DNA of 64,000 nucleotides, taken from positions 4,024 to 68,023 of the forward strand of contig CALRFG010000006.1 in NCBI GenBank assembly GCA_943356525.1, written 5' to 3'. This document shows, piece after piece, positions 1 through 9,456 of the stretch; within the stretch, counting starts at the first letter, position 1; each line of letters opens with the position of its first letter. The notes below the pieces were generated by a model, which was not told the DNA's origin, ran no database searches, and saw only the letters and a list, made by a program, of their open reading frames with translations. The translations under genes and the position numbers were made by a program. This DNA is from Candidatus Nomurabacteria bacterium (GTDB taxonomy: Bacteria; Patescibacteriota; Minisyncoccia; Phycocordibacterales; CAIZLB01).

Positions 1-1
1 A

Positions 2-2170
2 GAATCACCATCAAAGATAAAGAAATTGGAAGCATTTCTTGGTAAAGATTATATTATCATGTCATCTATTGGCCACATCAGAGACCTACCTAAATCAAAT
101 AAAAAAGCTATAGATATAGAGGCTGGGTTTATTCCCCATTATGAAGTATCTCGTGGAAAAGAAAAGGTTATCCACGACCTAGAGCAAGCTCTTCACAAAG
201 TAGACGATGTTTACCTTGCATCTGATCCTGACCGTGAAGGAGAGGCTATTGCTTGGCATTTAAAAGAAGCTCTGCAGCTTAAAAAACCAAAACGTATAAC
301 TTACAATGAGATCACAAAGGAAGCTGTTCTAGAGGCTTTGAAACACCCTAGGGAGATAGATATGAACATGTTTAGAGCTCAAGAAGCTCGTCGTGTATTG
401 GACAGACTGGTAGGTTATGATTTGTCAGGTCTTATCTGGAAAAAAGTTCGATATGGTTTATCTGCTGGACGTGTACAATCACCTGCACTACGTATTGTTA
501 TGGAAAGAGAAAGAGAGATACGTGCTTTCATACCAGAAGCTTATTATGTACTCTATGCAAACCTTTCACAATCAGGAAATAAAACCGATGTACTCAAGTT
601 TACATGTTTAGAGGAAATAAAAGATAAAAAAAGAGCTGAAGAGATTGTTAACAAATCTCAATTAAATAAAAATAATTGGACAGTAATAGATATAACGGAA
701 ACAGAAGTAAAACGTACTTCTCGCGCCCCGTTTATAACATCGACTATACAACAAGTAGCATCTACTCGTTTAGGATTTTCTCCATCCCGTACAATGCGTG
801 CTGCCCAAAAACTATACGAACAAGGTCACATAACTTATATGAGAACAGATAGTACAAGTTTAAGTGTCTCGGCATTGGACTCTATTGAACAATTTATTAT
901 AAAAAATTATGATAAAAAATACTTAGACAGAAAAAACTTTGCATCAAAATCTAAAAATGCACAAGAAGCCCATGAGGCTATACGTCCATCGGATATAAAA
1001 AAAATAAATGCTGGTATATCTGATGATGAGAAAAAACTTTATCGAATGATACATAACAGAACTCTTTCTTCTCAGATGTCTGATGCCTTGACTTTGAGAA
1101 CTAAAATAACATCATCAATCAAAGAATATAAAGCAGAAAAATTTCCTGAATTTTCTCTGAATGGTTCTCGTATACTTTTTGATGGCTGGCTTGTGGCTGA
1201 TCCAGAGTCTGCTGGTGAAGATGTTGCAGTTCCAGCATTATCTAAAGGTATGGGAATGGATTTTATATCTATAGAAAATCATGAAAAGTTTACAGAGCCA
1301 CCTAGTCGCTATACTGAAGCGGGACTTATCAAAGAACTTGATAAAAGAGGTATAGGTCGTCCTTCAACTTTCGCATCTATTATGCGTACCCTTGAGGATA
1401 GACAATATGTTGAAAAACTTGGACGTGCATTGAAACCAACTGACACAGGTGATGTTGTTTCTACTTTTCTTGAGGAAAATTTTGCAGACTATATAAGTGA
1501 CTCGTTTACTTCAGATATGGAAGATAAACTTGACCTTATTGCAAACGGTGAAGCAAAATATTTACAAACTCTAAAAGATTTTTACGGTCCATTTACAAAA
1601 GAAGTACAATTAAAAAGTACATCTGCAAAGATAACGGATCTAGGATCATCTGATTTCAAGTGCCCAAAATGTGGTGAAGCGATGATAGTAAAATTGTCAC
1701 GAAATGGAAAGTTTTTGTCATGTTCTAAGTTTCCAGAATGTGATGGCGCATTAACTATTGAAGGTGTTGAAATAAAGGACGATGAACCGATCGGAACTGA
1801 TCCGGAATCCGGACTTCCTATATATGTAAAAACTGGTCGCTTTGGTCCTTATGTGATGCTTGGTGAAAAGACTAAAGAAAATAAAAAACCTCGTATGGCG
1901 AGTATTCCGAAAGAGGTTGACCTAGCCCATGTCTCTATGGAGCAAGCTTTGTTATATCTTTCATTGCCGAGAGTGTTAGGTGTAAATCCAAGCAATGGAA
2001 AAGAAGTTATCGCCAACAAGGGTCGTTTTGGACCTTATGTGGGTTGTGAGAGAGATTTCAGATCATTGAAGACTCAGGATGTACATAAGGTGACACTAGA
2101 GGAGGCTTTGGAATTGTTAAATACACCGAAGAAACCTAGAGGTTTTCAGAAGAAAGATAAAGCTTCATAA
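2..2170 (+). CDS. topA: DNA topoisomerase I (TopA), 5' end truncated by window edge
   Basis: In-frame upstream codons read ESPSKIKK, matching the TopA N-terminus (ESPAKAKTI). Toprim motif SSIGHIRDLPKS, TDSTSLS active-site region and C-terminal Cys4 zinc ribbons (CPKCGEAM..CSKFPEC). The ORF track starts at a TTG at 26, but the frame is open to the window edge. Confidence 0.9.
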   Translation, partial: ESPSKIKKLEAFLGKDYIIMSSIGHIRDLPKSNKKAIDIEAGFIPHYEVSRGKEKVIHDLEQALHKVDDVYLASDPDREGEAIAWHLKEALQLKKPKRITYNEITKEAVLEALKHPREIDMNMFRAQEARRVLDRLVGYDLSGLIWKKVRYGLSAGRVQSPALRIVMEREREIRAFIPEAYYVLYANLSQSGNKTDVLKFTCLEEIKDKKRAEEIVNKSQLNKNNWTVIDITETEVKRTSRAPFITSTIQQVASTRLGFSPSRTMRAAQKLYEQGHITYMRTDSTSLSVSALDSIEQFIIKNYDKKYLDRKNFASKSKNAQEAHEAIRPSDIKKINAGISDDEKKLYRMIHNRTLSSQMSDALTLRTKITSSIKEYKAEKFPEFSLNGSRILFDGWLVADPESAGEDVAVPALSKGMGMDFISIENHEKFTEPPSRYTEAGLIKELDKRGIGRPSTFASIMRTLEDRQYVEKLGRALKPTDTGDVVSTFLEENFADYISDSFTSDMEDKLDLIANGEAKYLQTLKDFYGPFTKEVQLKSTSAKITDLGSSDFKCPKCGEAMIVKLSRNGKFLSCSKFPECDGALTIEGVEIKDDEPIGTDPESGLPIYVKTGRFGPYVMLGEKTKENKKPRMASIPKEVDLAHVSMEQALLYLSLPRVLGVNPSNGKEVIANKGRFGPYVGCERDFRSLKTQDVHKVTLEEALELLNTPKKPRGFQKKDKAS

Positions 2171-2171
2171 A

Positions 2172-2210
2172 AAATAAGAGTATCCAATGAAAGGATACTC
2201 TTATTTTATT
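2172..2210. terminator. Bidirectional rho-independent terminator between convergent topA and parB
   Basis: Hairpin AAGAGTATCC-aatgaaa-GGATACTCTT with an A-run upstream and a T-run downstream. Confidence 0.6.
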
Positions 2211-2224
2211 ATTCAACTTTAGGA

Positions 2225-3235
2225 CTAAACCGAGAAATTCATCACACTATATATATCCGGATCCTCCTCCTTGTATTCCTCTTTAGTAGACATCGTTGCA
2301 TTTTCTATAATAATCTCATCACCATTATCATTTACTAAAACTGAAGTTGTATCCTGGTCATCATCTAACTTTTCACTTTGTTCATTTTGAAGCTTGTCCA
2401 ATAATTTTCTCAAATCAACAAGATCATAATAGTCGATAGTAATCTTACCTCCTTGTTCCCTGCTCTCGATATGAACTTTTGTGCCCAAAACTTCGTTAAA
2501 CTTATTTTCAAATTCTATTATTTCTGGATTCAATTCTTTCTCTGGTTTTCTAGCTCTATCTTTTGCTATACGTCGAGCTATCATTTCTGATTCGCGGACA
2601 TTTAGTTTTCTTGTCAATATGTCTTGAAAAAGTGTCTCTTGTTCCTCAGGACGGTCCACAAGCATCAGAAGTGGTCTTGTATGTCCCTCTGTTATTCTCT
2701 TCTCACTTAGAGCTTGTAGCATATGATCAGGTAGATTTAGAAGCCTCATACTATTTGTAACGTATTCACGAGATTTACCCATCTTAACAGCAACCTCAGC
2801 ATGTTTAAAACCAAACTCTTTAACAAGCTGTTGAAAAGCTTTGGCACGATCTATAACATTCAAATCCTCTCTTTGAATATTTTCTATGATAGCTAGCTCC
2901 AGTTTTGTTCTAGCGTCTTCTTCTTTGGCACGTATGATAGACGGAATCTGCGATAAACCTGCAAGTTTTGCCGCACGTGTACGACGCTCACCTGATATAA
3001 GCTCATAATGCACTGCTAAACCACCATCATCTTTGGTAGTTTCGATACGAGTTACAGTTATGGGCTGCAAAAGACCATACATGCGAATGGACTCAGATAA
3101 ATCTTGCAATGCATTTTGATCAAAATCTCTACGTGGTTGATAAGGATTTGGTTTTATTTTCTCTATCTCTATCCAAAAAATAGAGTCGCTATAATACTGT
3201 GACATATATTCAAATCTTAACATATTCTTCGGCAA
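2225..3235 (-). CDS. parB: ParB/Spo0J-family partition or nuclease-like protein (orphan, no adjacent parA)
   Basis: ParB N-terminal box motifs GLLQPITV and ELISGERRTRAAKLAGL, followed by an HTH region. Long acidic C-terminal tail. Confidence 0.8.
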   Translation of the reverse strand: MPKNMLRFEYMSQYYSDSIFWIEIEKIKPNPYQPRRDFDQNALQDLSESIRMYGLLQPITVTRIETTKDDGGLAVHYELISGERRTRAAKLAGLSQIPSIIRAKEEDARTKLELAIIENIQREDLNVIDRAKAFQQLVKEFGFKHAEVAVKMGKSREYVTNSMRLLNLPDHMLQALSEKRITEGHTRPLLMLVDRPEEQETLFQDILTRKLNVRESEMIARRIAKDRARKPEKELNPEIIEFENKFNEVLGTKVHIESREQGGKITIDYYDLVDLRKLLDKLQNEQSEKLDDDQDTTSVLVNDNGDEIIIENATMSTKEEYKEEDPDIYSVMNFSV

Positions 3236-3288
3236 AACTTTATCTTTTCTTTATGAGAACTTTATGTCCATATTGTTAATATATCTCT

Positions 3289-4122
3289 ATGCAAATAAAA
3301 AACTATGAAGAAAAATTATTCGAAGCAATTTATTCATCTGTACTAGAAAATATGTTAAGCATATGCAAACAGAGTGACATAGATTGTATCATCAATAAAT
3401 TGGGTAAAAATAATAAATTTCTAAAATCAATATGCTTATTGCCTTATTGGTTCTATGACTGTTTTGAAAATGAAAACGTTGTAGATTTACAAAATGAGTT
3501 ATTTATTCTAGGGAAAGCTAATCTGCAAGCTTGGATATCTTATACTCTGTACGACTATATCAGAGATGGAAAAATTGAGAAAATACATATCAACCTTAGT
3601 GTATCTGTTGCAAATATCATGATGCAAAAATCAATCAAAGATTTCTACGGTTTAGTGAACAGTGATAAAAATAAGATTAATATTATAAATAATTTGCTAA
3701 ACACAATAGACGCACATTATCTTGATAATAAAACTGTAGAGGATATACATTATCATTTCAAATACATGTGTGACAATTCTTATAAAAAATCCATAGGCAC
3801 GGCAATAGTTTCTATGATTATAAACTGGCTTTTAGGATATGAAATAAATAGTAATAATTACATAGAAACATTTGAGTTTTTTAAAAATTATCTAAATGCT
3901 CGACAATTATCCGATGACGAAAAAGATATGGTCGATGATATGTTAAATAACACATACACAGCGGCTACTTTTCTTATGCGAGCACAGTATGGTAGCGACT
4001 ATATACGTACAATGATGAGGTCTCGAATAGATATGAGTATGAGGCTAGCTCATGACAGTCTTCGAAATATGTCATTTTTTGATTATGAAAAATTTATTGA
4101 GTTGTATGTGGGAGAGTGTTAA
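3289..4122 (+). CDS. Hypothetical protein
   Basis: Long ORF with no motif I recognise, several Cys residues. Divergent from parB. Confidence 0.4.
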   Translation: MQIKNYEEKLFEAIYSSVLENMLSICKQSDIDCIINKLGKNNKFLKSICLLPYWFYDCFENENVVDLQNELFILGKANLQAWISYTLYDYIRDGKIEKIHINLSVSVANIMMQKSIKDFYGLVNSDKNKINIINNLLNTIDAHYLDNKTVEDIHYHFKYMCDNSYKKSIGTAIVSMIINWLLGYEINSNNYIETFEFFKNYLNARQLSDDEKDMVDDMLNNTYTAATFLMRAQYGSDYIRTMMRSRIDMSMRLAHDSLRNMSFFDYEKFIELYVGEC

Positions 4123-5306
4123 TGATGATGTGAGTGAGACATATGTTTTAAGGCATACTCTTCTTTTTCTAAAGTATCTTTATCTACATGATCATTTTTA
4201 AGATGTTTTGTAAGTATGTAAACTGAAACCATGGTGGTTATAGGTACAGCCAATATCAAACCTATACTTCCTATCATTGTTCTAACTATCTCAGTAGAAA
4301 ATATTTCTCTGTTCATTGTTACAAAAACGCTTTCATTTGATGACTGGGTAAATAATAAAAGTAAAGGTAAAGATGTTCCAACATATGCGATTGCAAGAGT
4401 GTTGACCAATGCACCTATATGTTCACGTCCCATTCTTATAGCTCTTTGATAAATAAGTTTCTTTGGCATATGCGGTGCTGCACGAAGTAACTCTTCTACT
4501 GATATAGCCTGTCCTATGGCAACATCATATAAAACTCCAAGAAGACCAATCATTATTCCGCCAAGTAATAAACCTAAAACATCTATATTGCCACCAGCGT
4601 TTAAGTTTAAATACACAACATCTTCAGAGCCAAAGCCACTTAGTCTAGTAAAATATACAGACCAGTAAGCAAATAGACCTGTGAATGATACTGTTGCTAT
4701 CATACCTAAAACAGCTGATGATGTTGTTTTGTTTACACCATGAGTTATATATGATCCAACGATAATAATCAGCGAAGAAACAGCTATGGTCACAAGCAGG
4801 GGTGAATAGCCTTGGAGTATACCTGGTAAAAGTACATAAAGTATCAACAGAAAACTTCCAACCAAACTCACAACACCTCGAACACCCTGCATACCACCAA
4901 ACACAAAAACAGCGATGAGAAATAATGCAACTAAAAATAACAACTGCGGTGTTCTATATGGTTCATCTACATTATAATAATCAATACCGTCAACAGAGTT
5001 TGATGTTTGCCTCAAGTAAAATTTTTCTCCAACCTTTAGATTCAGATGATCATTATCAATGATCATCTCTCTATCTTTTTCAAGCCCTTCTAAAATCTTT
5101 ATCTTTATAGTCTGGCTACTGTGTTTAGCGTCAGTACCTGGAACATCTATCATTTCTTGTTTCAATATTTCAAGCACTTTAGCTTTCATAACGATTTGCT
5201 TATCAGGAATAATTTCTGAACCTTCTTGTGCCTTAACGAGTAAAAAAGGTGAGAAAAGTAATATGGTTATTATAAGGTATTTTTTCATATGATTAATTTT
5301 TTTCAA
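4119..5306 (-). CDS. Multi-pass membrane protein, YibE/F-like (putative), His-rich C-terminus
   Basis: Signal peptide, extracytoplasmic domain of about 100 aa, then 7 or more hydrophobic helices. C-terminal HMSHSHHH. Co-oriented and abutting the Fur-family gene. Confidence 0.4.
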   Translation of the reverse strand: MKKINHMKKYLIITILLFSPFLLVKAQEGSEIIPDKQIVMKAKVLEILKQEMIDVPGTDAKHSSQTIKIKILEGLEKDREMIIDNDHLNLKVGEKFYLRQTSNSVDGIDYYNVDEPYRTPQLLFLVALFLIAVFVFGGMQGVRGVVSLVGSFLLILYVLLPGILQGYSPLLVTIAVSSLIIIVGSYITHGVNKTTSSAVLGMIATVSFTGLFAYWSVYFTRLSGFGSEDVVYLNLNAGGNIDVLGLLLGGIMIGLLGVLYDVAIGQAISVEELLRAAPHMPKKLIYQRAIRMGREHIGALVNTLAIAYVGTSLPLLLLFTQSSNESVFVTMNREIFSTEIVRTMIGSIGLILAVPITTMVSVYILTKHLKNDHVDKDTLEKEEYALKHMSHSHHH

Positions 5307-5729
5307 TTATTTTATTACGCATTTTTTACAAAGACCAAAAAGTTCTAGAGAATGTTTTGTTATTATATTAAATTTATTTGAATTTTTTAAAACTTTATCT
5401 GTAAGGTTATCAATGTCACATACTTCAAAACCTTCAACCATTCCACAATCAGTACAGATTATGTGGTGATGATGATGTCCTGATAATTCATAGTATGCAG
5501 AATCTTTTTGAAGATCTACATGCTTTAGTATACCAACATTTTCAAATGAAGTTAAAGTTCTATATATAGTTACTATGTTAACTTTTTCTTTTTTAAGTTT
5601 TTTGAAAATGAATTCAGCATTTATAGGCTCACAGTCATGAGAAAAAACCTTTAAGATGGCTAGTCTGGTTGGGGTTATTTTAAAACCATTTATTTTGAGT
5701 ATATTTTCCAAATCATGATTATGCACCAT
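5307..5729 (-). CDS. Fur-family metalloregulator (candidate Zur)
   Basis: 140 aa with an N-terminal winged HTH. Metal-site motifs HHHHHIICTDCG and CxxC (CKKC) near the C-terminus, typical of Fur/Zur/PerR. Confidence 0.85.
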   Translation of the reverse strand: MVHNHDLENILKINGFKITPTRLAILKVFSHDCEPINAEFIFKKLKKEKVNIVTIYRTLTSFENVGILKHVDLQKDSAYYELSGHHHHHIICTDCGMVEGFEVCDIDNLTDKVLKNSNKFNIITKHSLELFGLCKKCVIK

Positions 5730-5750
5730 ATATATGTATAATATGTCAAA

Positions 5751-5765
5751 TGCAAATGATTTGCA
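5751..5765. promoter_or_regulatory. Perfect 7-1-7 inverted repeat TGCAAAT-G-ATTTGCA, candidate Fur/Zur operator; weaker second site TGCAA-N5-TTGCA at about 5792-5806
   Basis: Seen directly in the divergent promoter region between the Fur-family gene and the ATPase/ZIP operon. Confidence 0.5.
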
Positions 5766-5976
5766 ATCAAAAATAGTTATGCTATACTAAATGCAACTCA
5801 TTTGCACACACTCCTGTGTCGCTTTTGGGTCTGAACCTAAACCAAATACTGATATGAAATACAAAATCGCCCGTCTACCAGCTATCCCTCGTCGCCGTAA
5901 CTGCTGTGACGGCAGTGGATGCTCGTCCTGCACCGACAGCTAATAATTAGCAATCCCTTGGGGTCGGCACCACAGT

Positions 5977-6837
5977 GTGCCTTCCCCATTTTTTATACAC
6001 ACAATAAACAAACATATGATAATTGGATTTTTAGGAAAAGGTGGATCTGGAAAATCTACCCTATCAACAAAAGTTATAAACTTTTTAAGTCAAAACAAAA
6101 ACAACATTATTCTTGCAATAGATGCAGACTATAACATGGACTTGCTTCACAACCTTGAAGCTGGTGATGATTTGCAGTTCCTTGGTGACGATGCAAAATT
6201 TTTAATGAAAATAGTTTTAGATGTTGATGAAAAAGCAATGTATGCAGATATTGTGTTAGACAAAAATAACGCCAATAAATTTTCAATATCACAACCCGAC
6301 GAATTTACGGAAAAACACAGTAAAAAAATAAAAGAAAATCTACGCTTGATGGCGGTAGGACCACATTCTGATAATGTACTCAATGGTAAAATGTGTTCGC
6401 ATGGATTAGGTGCTTTATTAAAAGCATACTTACCGCTTTTAAGGATTGATAAAAATGAATACGTAATTGTTGATGAAAAAGCTGGAGTAGACAGTGTCGG
6501 CACAGGTATACCTTCTGGGTTTAACATGTCTATCATAGTAGTTGAAGCAACTGTTTATGGGGTGAAGGCAGCAAAACAGATATCAAATCTATTGGAAAAT
6601 CATTATCATCTTCCATATGCCTATATAATAAATAAAGTAAAAGTAGATAGTGATTTAGATATAATAAAAAAAGAGTTGGATGAAAAACACATAATAGACT
6701 ATATACCTTTTGGTGAAAATATAGATGATATATACGCCGAAAAGATAATCATACATGTTCAAAAATATATAAAAGAAAATGGAGACAACAGGTATACACA
6801 AAGTATACTTAAGTTTAAAAATAATATGCTAACATAA
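5977..6837 (+). CDS. MinD/ParA/CooC-family P-loop ATPase (possible metallochaperone); the more likely start is ATG at 6016 (MIIGFLGKGGSGKST)
   Basis: Deviant Walker A GKGGSGKST immediately after the internal Met. Walker B-like VIVDEKAG. Precedes the ZIP transporter in the same orientation. Confidence 0.65.
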   Translation: MPSPFFIHTINKHMIIGFLGKGGSGKSTLSTKVINFLSQNKNNIILAIDADYNMDLLHNLEAGDDLQFLGDDAKFLMKIVLDVDEKAMYADIVLDKNNANKFSISQPDEFTEKHSKKIKENLRLMAVGPHSDNVLNGKMCSHGLGALLKAYLPLLRIDKNEYVIVDEKAGVDSVGTGIPSGFNMSIIVVEATVYGVKAAKQISNLLENHYHLPYAYIINKVKVDSDLDIIKKELDEKHIIDYIPFGENIDDIYAEKIIIHVQKYIKENGDNRYTQSILKFKNNMLT

Positions 6838-6841
6838 AACC

Positions 6842-7534
6842 ATGTCATTAACATACATAGCAATATTAGCTTTTTTATCAACACTATTCGGTGGATATAT
6901 AGCTTTCAAATATAAACGATTTATACATATTTTTTCAGGATTTACAGCTGGAACATTATTGGCACTTATTTTCTTGGAAATAATTCCTGAAGTTGTAGAG
7001 TTGAACGATTCCCCTCTTATTTTATTATCTGTAATAGCTGGTTTTATATTTTTTCATATTATTGAAAAAATATTTTCATTGCATAGTCATCATGAAGATA
7101 ATCATGAAAATCACAATCATATATCATCTAAAAAAATAGGTGCCTGGGCTTTGATACTTCATTCACTTTTTGACGGTATTGCTATAGGTCTAGCATACAA
7201 TGTATCCCCTGCTTTTGGACTTATTGTTGCTATAGGTGTTATAGCTCATGATTTTTCAGATGGTTTTAATACTGTTACATTAAGTCATTCTAAAAAATTA
7301 TTGTTTATTGACGCAGTGGCTCCTATGCTAGGAATAATTATCGGATCATTTTTTGAATTTCCAAATAATATAATGGCCGTACTATTTGGTTTGTTTGCCG
7401 GAGTACTTTTATATGTCTCCACATCAGACATATTGCCTGAGGCCCATTGTGATAATAAAAAACACATGACTCAAAACTTGTTGGCCATGATTATTGGGGT
7501 TATGTATATCGTTACAGTTATATCTTTGGGGTAA
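6842..7534 (+). CDS. ZIP-family divalent metal (zinc) transporter, ZupT-like
   Basis: His-rich loop HHEDNHENHNH. ZIP signature helices HSLFDGIAIG and AHDFSDGF. Confidence 0.8.
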   Translation: MSLTYIAILAFLSTLFGGYIAFKYKRFIHIFSGFTAGTLLALIFLEIIPEVVELNDSPLILLSVIAGFIFFHIIEKIFSLHSHHEDNHENHNHISSKKIGAWALILHSLFDGIAIGLAYNVSPAFGLIVAIGVIAHDFSDGFNTVTLSHSKKLLFIDAVAPMLGIIIGSFFEFPNNIMAVLFGLFAGVLLYVSTSDILPEAHCDNKKHMTQNLLAMIIGVMYIVTVISLG

Positions 7535-7723
7535 TTTTAAACAAAAAAAATTAGGGCGGGAGAACTTTCACCAACAACAAGCGATGTACGCTGTCTGTGA
7601 TTATTCACCCCGCCCTTTATTGAGTTTTTTGCTATCCGTTACTCCCCCCCGGGTAACAACGGACCACTTATGTTCTCAACAATTAAAATACTATACCTTC
7701 TATAAATTAAAGTCAAGTTTACT

Positions 7724-8194
7724 GTGGATAGCCTTTCTAATATAATATACTACATGATCAAGAAAATTAGTAATTTTATCCTGGTGAATGCGATTTACCT
7801 TATATTACTACAGCTTATACTAGCACTATTGGGTAGTCTATATTTTTCAAATGTAAAAGGTTTTGAACCATGTATACTATGCTGGTGGCAAAGAATATTT
7901 ATGTATTCACAGATTCCAGTGATAGCTGTAGCTCTATTTAAAAAAGAAATTGATATTTACAAATACACTCTAACATTATCAATACTTGGAATAATTATAT
8001 CTATTTATCATAATCTTTTATACGTGGGTATTATAAAAAATGAAGATTTTTGTACGCGTGGTATATCATGTACTAGTAAATACATAGAATATTTTGGTTT
8101 CGTGACCATTCCTCTCCTAGCATTAATAGCATTTAGTGTTATCATAACTTTATCACTTATTAGTAGATATTATATAAAAAACAGAATAAAATAA
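7724..8194 (+). CDS. bdbC: Disulfide bond formation protein, DsbB-family BdbC-like
   Basis: LGSLYFSNVKGFEPCILCWWQRIFMY and YFGFVTIPLLALIAF closely parallel B. subtilis BdbC (LGSLYFSE..PCELCWYQRILMY; WFGFITIPFLALIAF). 4 TM helices. Confidence 0.85.
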   Translation: MDSLSNIIYYMIKKISNFILVNAIYLILLQLILALLGSLYFSNVKGFEPCILCWWQRIFMYSQIPVIAVALFKKEIDIYKYTLTLSILGIIISIYHNLLYVGIIKNEDFCTRGISCTSKYIEYFGFVTIPLLALIAFSVIITLSLISRYYIKNRIK

Positions 8195-8202
8195 AAAATA
8201 AT

Positions 8203-8910
8203 ATGAAAACAGAAACAAAAGTAACTATAGGAATATTCGCAGCAACAGCAATTATTATCTTTGGGGGTATAACCCTGTACAAAGGAAGTGTTGTACCTGA
8301 AGGACCAAAAGATTATTCTAAGTATGTAAACACTGGGTTAGAGTTAGATAAAATAAAAGTATCTCGAGACTATAACCCTAAGATAACAGGTGTATCTTTA
8401 TCAACAAGCACGGCATCAACTACATTGATACGGGTAACTGAGTTTTTAGATTATGAATGCCCGGCCTGTGCTACAAATGGAGAACCTCTTGTTAAAGCCT
8501 TGCTCTTAAAATACGGTTCAAATATAGTAGTAACTAGAAAAATATTCCCAGTACATGGTCAAGCTTCCGTTGATGTAGCTCGTGTTGTTTTGGCTTCGCA
8601 AATACTTGGTAGCGAGGTTTATCAATCTATACATACAAAAGTTTTTGAAACTCAACAAAAATGGGCTGTACTTGGAAAAAAAGATAGAGAGGAGTATGTA
8701 AAAAAACTTATAGTTGACATGGGTGTTGATTATGATAAAGTTTTTGCCGAATCTCGTGATCAAAAATATGTAGATCAAGTAACACAAGATAAGCAAGATG
8801 CTATGGATCTTGGTATAAAAGCTACACCTTCGTTTATCATAGGAAATAACACTCGAATAACAGGAGGTTTACCTTTTGATGAGATAACAAAATATATTGA
8901 CACCAATTAG
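8203..8910 (+). CDS. Thioredoxin-fold thiol-disulfide oxidoreductase, DsbA/BdbD-like
   Basis: N-terminal TM anchor. CxxC active site (EFLDYECPACA). Located downstream of BdbC. Confidence 0.7.
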   Translation: MKTETKVTIGIFAATAIIIFGGITLYKGSVVPEGPKDYSKYVNTGLELDKIKVSRDYNPKITGVSLSTSTASTTLIRVTEFLDYECPACATNGEPLVKALLLKYGSNIVVTRKIFPVHGQASVDVARVVLASQILGSEVYQSIHTKVFETQQKWAVLGKKDREEYVKKLIVDMGVDYDKVFAESRDQKYVDQVTQDKQDAMDLGIKATPSFIIGNNTRITGGLPFDEITKYIDTN

Positions 8911-8950
8911 TTTGTAATGTTATATTGTAAAGGTCAAGCATTATGAAATT

Positions 8951-9166
8951 ATGGAAGAAATACATTACATACCGCCAACAGATAAAGATAAAATTATAAC
9001 AGATATCGAAACAGAATTGTTTTGTTTAAAAGACACACCCAGAAGTATAACACCTTGTAAGCAAACCGGTGAGACTTTTCAACAAAATTTTACCCCTAAA
9101 GGAAAAACAGCCTTCGACTATTATGGAGGAAATGGATATTTGGGACGAGGATTTAAAGATGACTAA
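8951..9166 (+). CDS. Small hypothetical protein
   Basis: ORF only. Followed by the terminator at 9183-9215. Confidence 0.2.
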   Translation: MEEIHYIPPTDKDKIITDIETELFCLKDTPRSITPCKQTGETFQQNFTPKGKTAFDYYGGNGYLGRGFKDD

Positions 9167-9182
9167 ACTAATATACTTTAAA

Positions 9183-9215
9183 AAAAGACCCCTAACCCGG
9201 GTCTAATTTTTTTAT
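9183..9215. terminator. Rho-independent terminator (AGACCC-loop-GGGTCT plus T-run)
   Basis: Hairpin with an A-run upstream and a T8 run downstream. Sits between convergent genes. Confidence 0.6.
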
Positions 9216-9234
9216 TTACTATAAAGACAGTTTT

Positions 9235-9456
9235 TTAATTTCCTTTTATAGCATTAAAAATAGTAACAATATCTCGCCATACAAGTATTAGCATCTCTTT
9301 TGTATATGTGATAAATTCTTGCGCCCAAGATTTTGACAAAATTACACCAATATCTAAATTCAAAAACCTAAGCAGTATCAGTGCTATAAAGACAATCACT
9401 ATCAATTCTAAAAAACCACCTTGTTCTCTTTTTGTGATTTGATTATTTTTCTTCAT
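9235..9456 (-). CDS. Small hypothetical membrane protein
   Basis: One hydrophobic helix. Overlaps the asnB stop by 14 nt. Confidence 0.25.
   Translation of the reverse strand: MKKNNQITKREQGGFLELIVIVFIALILLRFLNLDIGVILSKSWAQEFITYTKEMLILVWRDIVTIFNAIKGN

Noticed and set aside
5811-5976. Considered SRP (4.5S) RNA, RNase P RNA, tmRNA or a cobalamin riboswitch in the GC-rich island
   Set aside because: I could not find the SRP domain IV motif (GGAA tetraloop with flanking AGCAG), the RNase P P4 motifs, a tmRNA tag ORF or 3' tRNA-like end, or a B12 box on either strand. Left as an unclassified structured leader.
5977-6015. N-terminal 13-aa extension (MPSPFFIHTINKH) of the ATPase ORF
   Set aside because: The Walker A motif begins 3 residues after the internal Met at 6016, as in MinD/CooC-family proteins. 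The extension overlaps the GC-rich leader, so it is probably not translated. I kept the track coordinates but flagged the likely start.
7494-7745. 83-aa plus-strand ORF between the ZIP gene and bdbC
   Set aside because: It spans an intergenic region with GC-rich hairpins (GGGCGGG...CCCGCCC; CCGTTAC...GTAACAACGG) that look like terminator or structured RNA. There is no coding signal.
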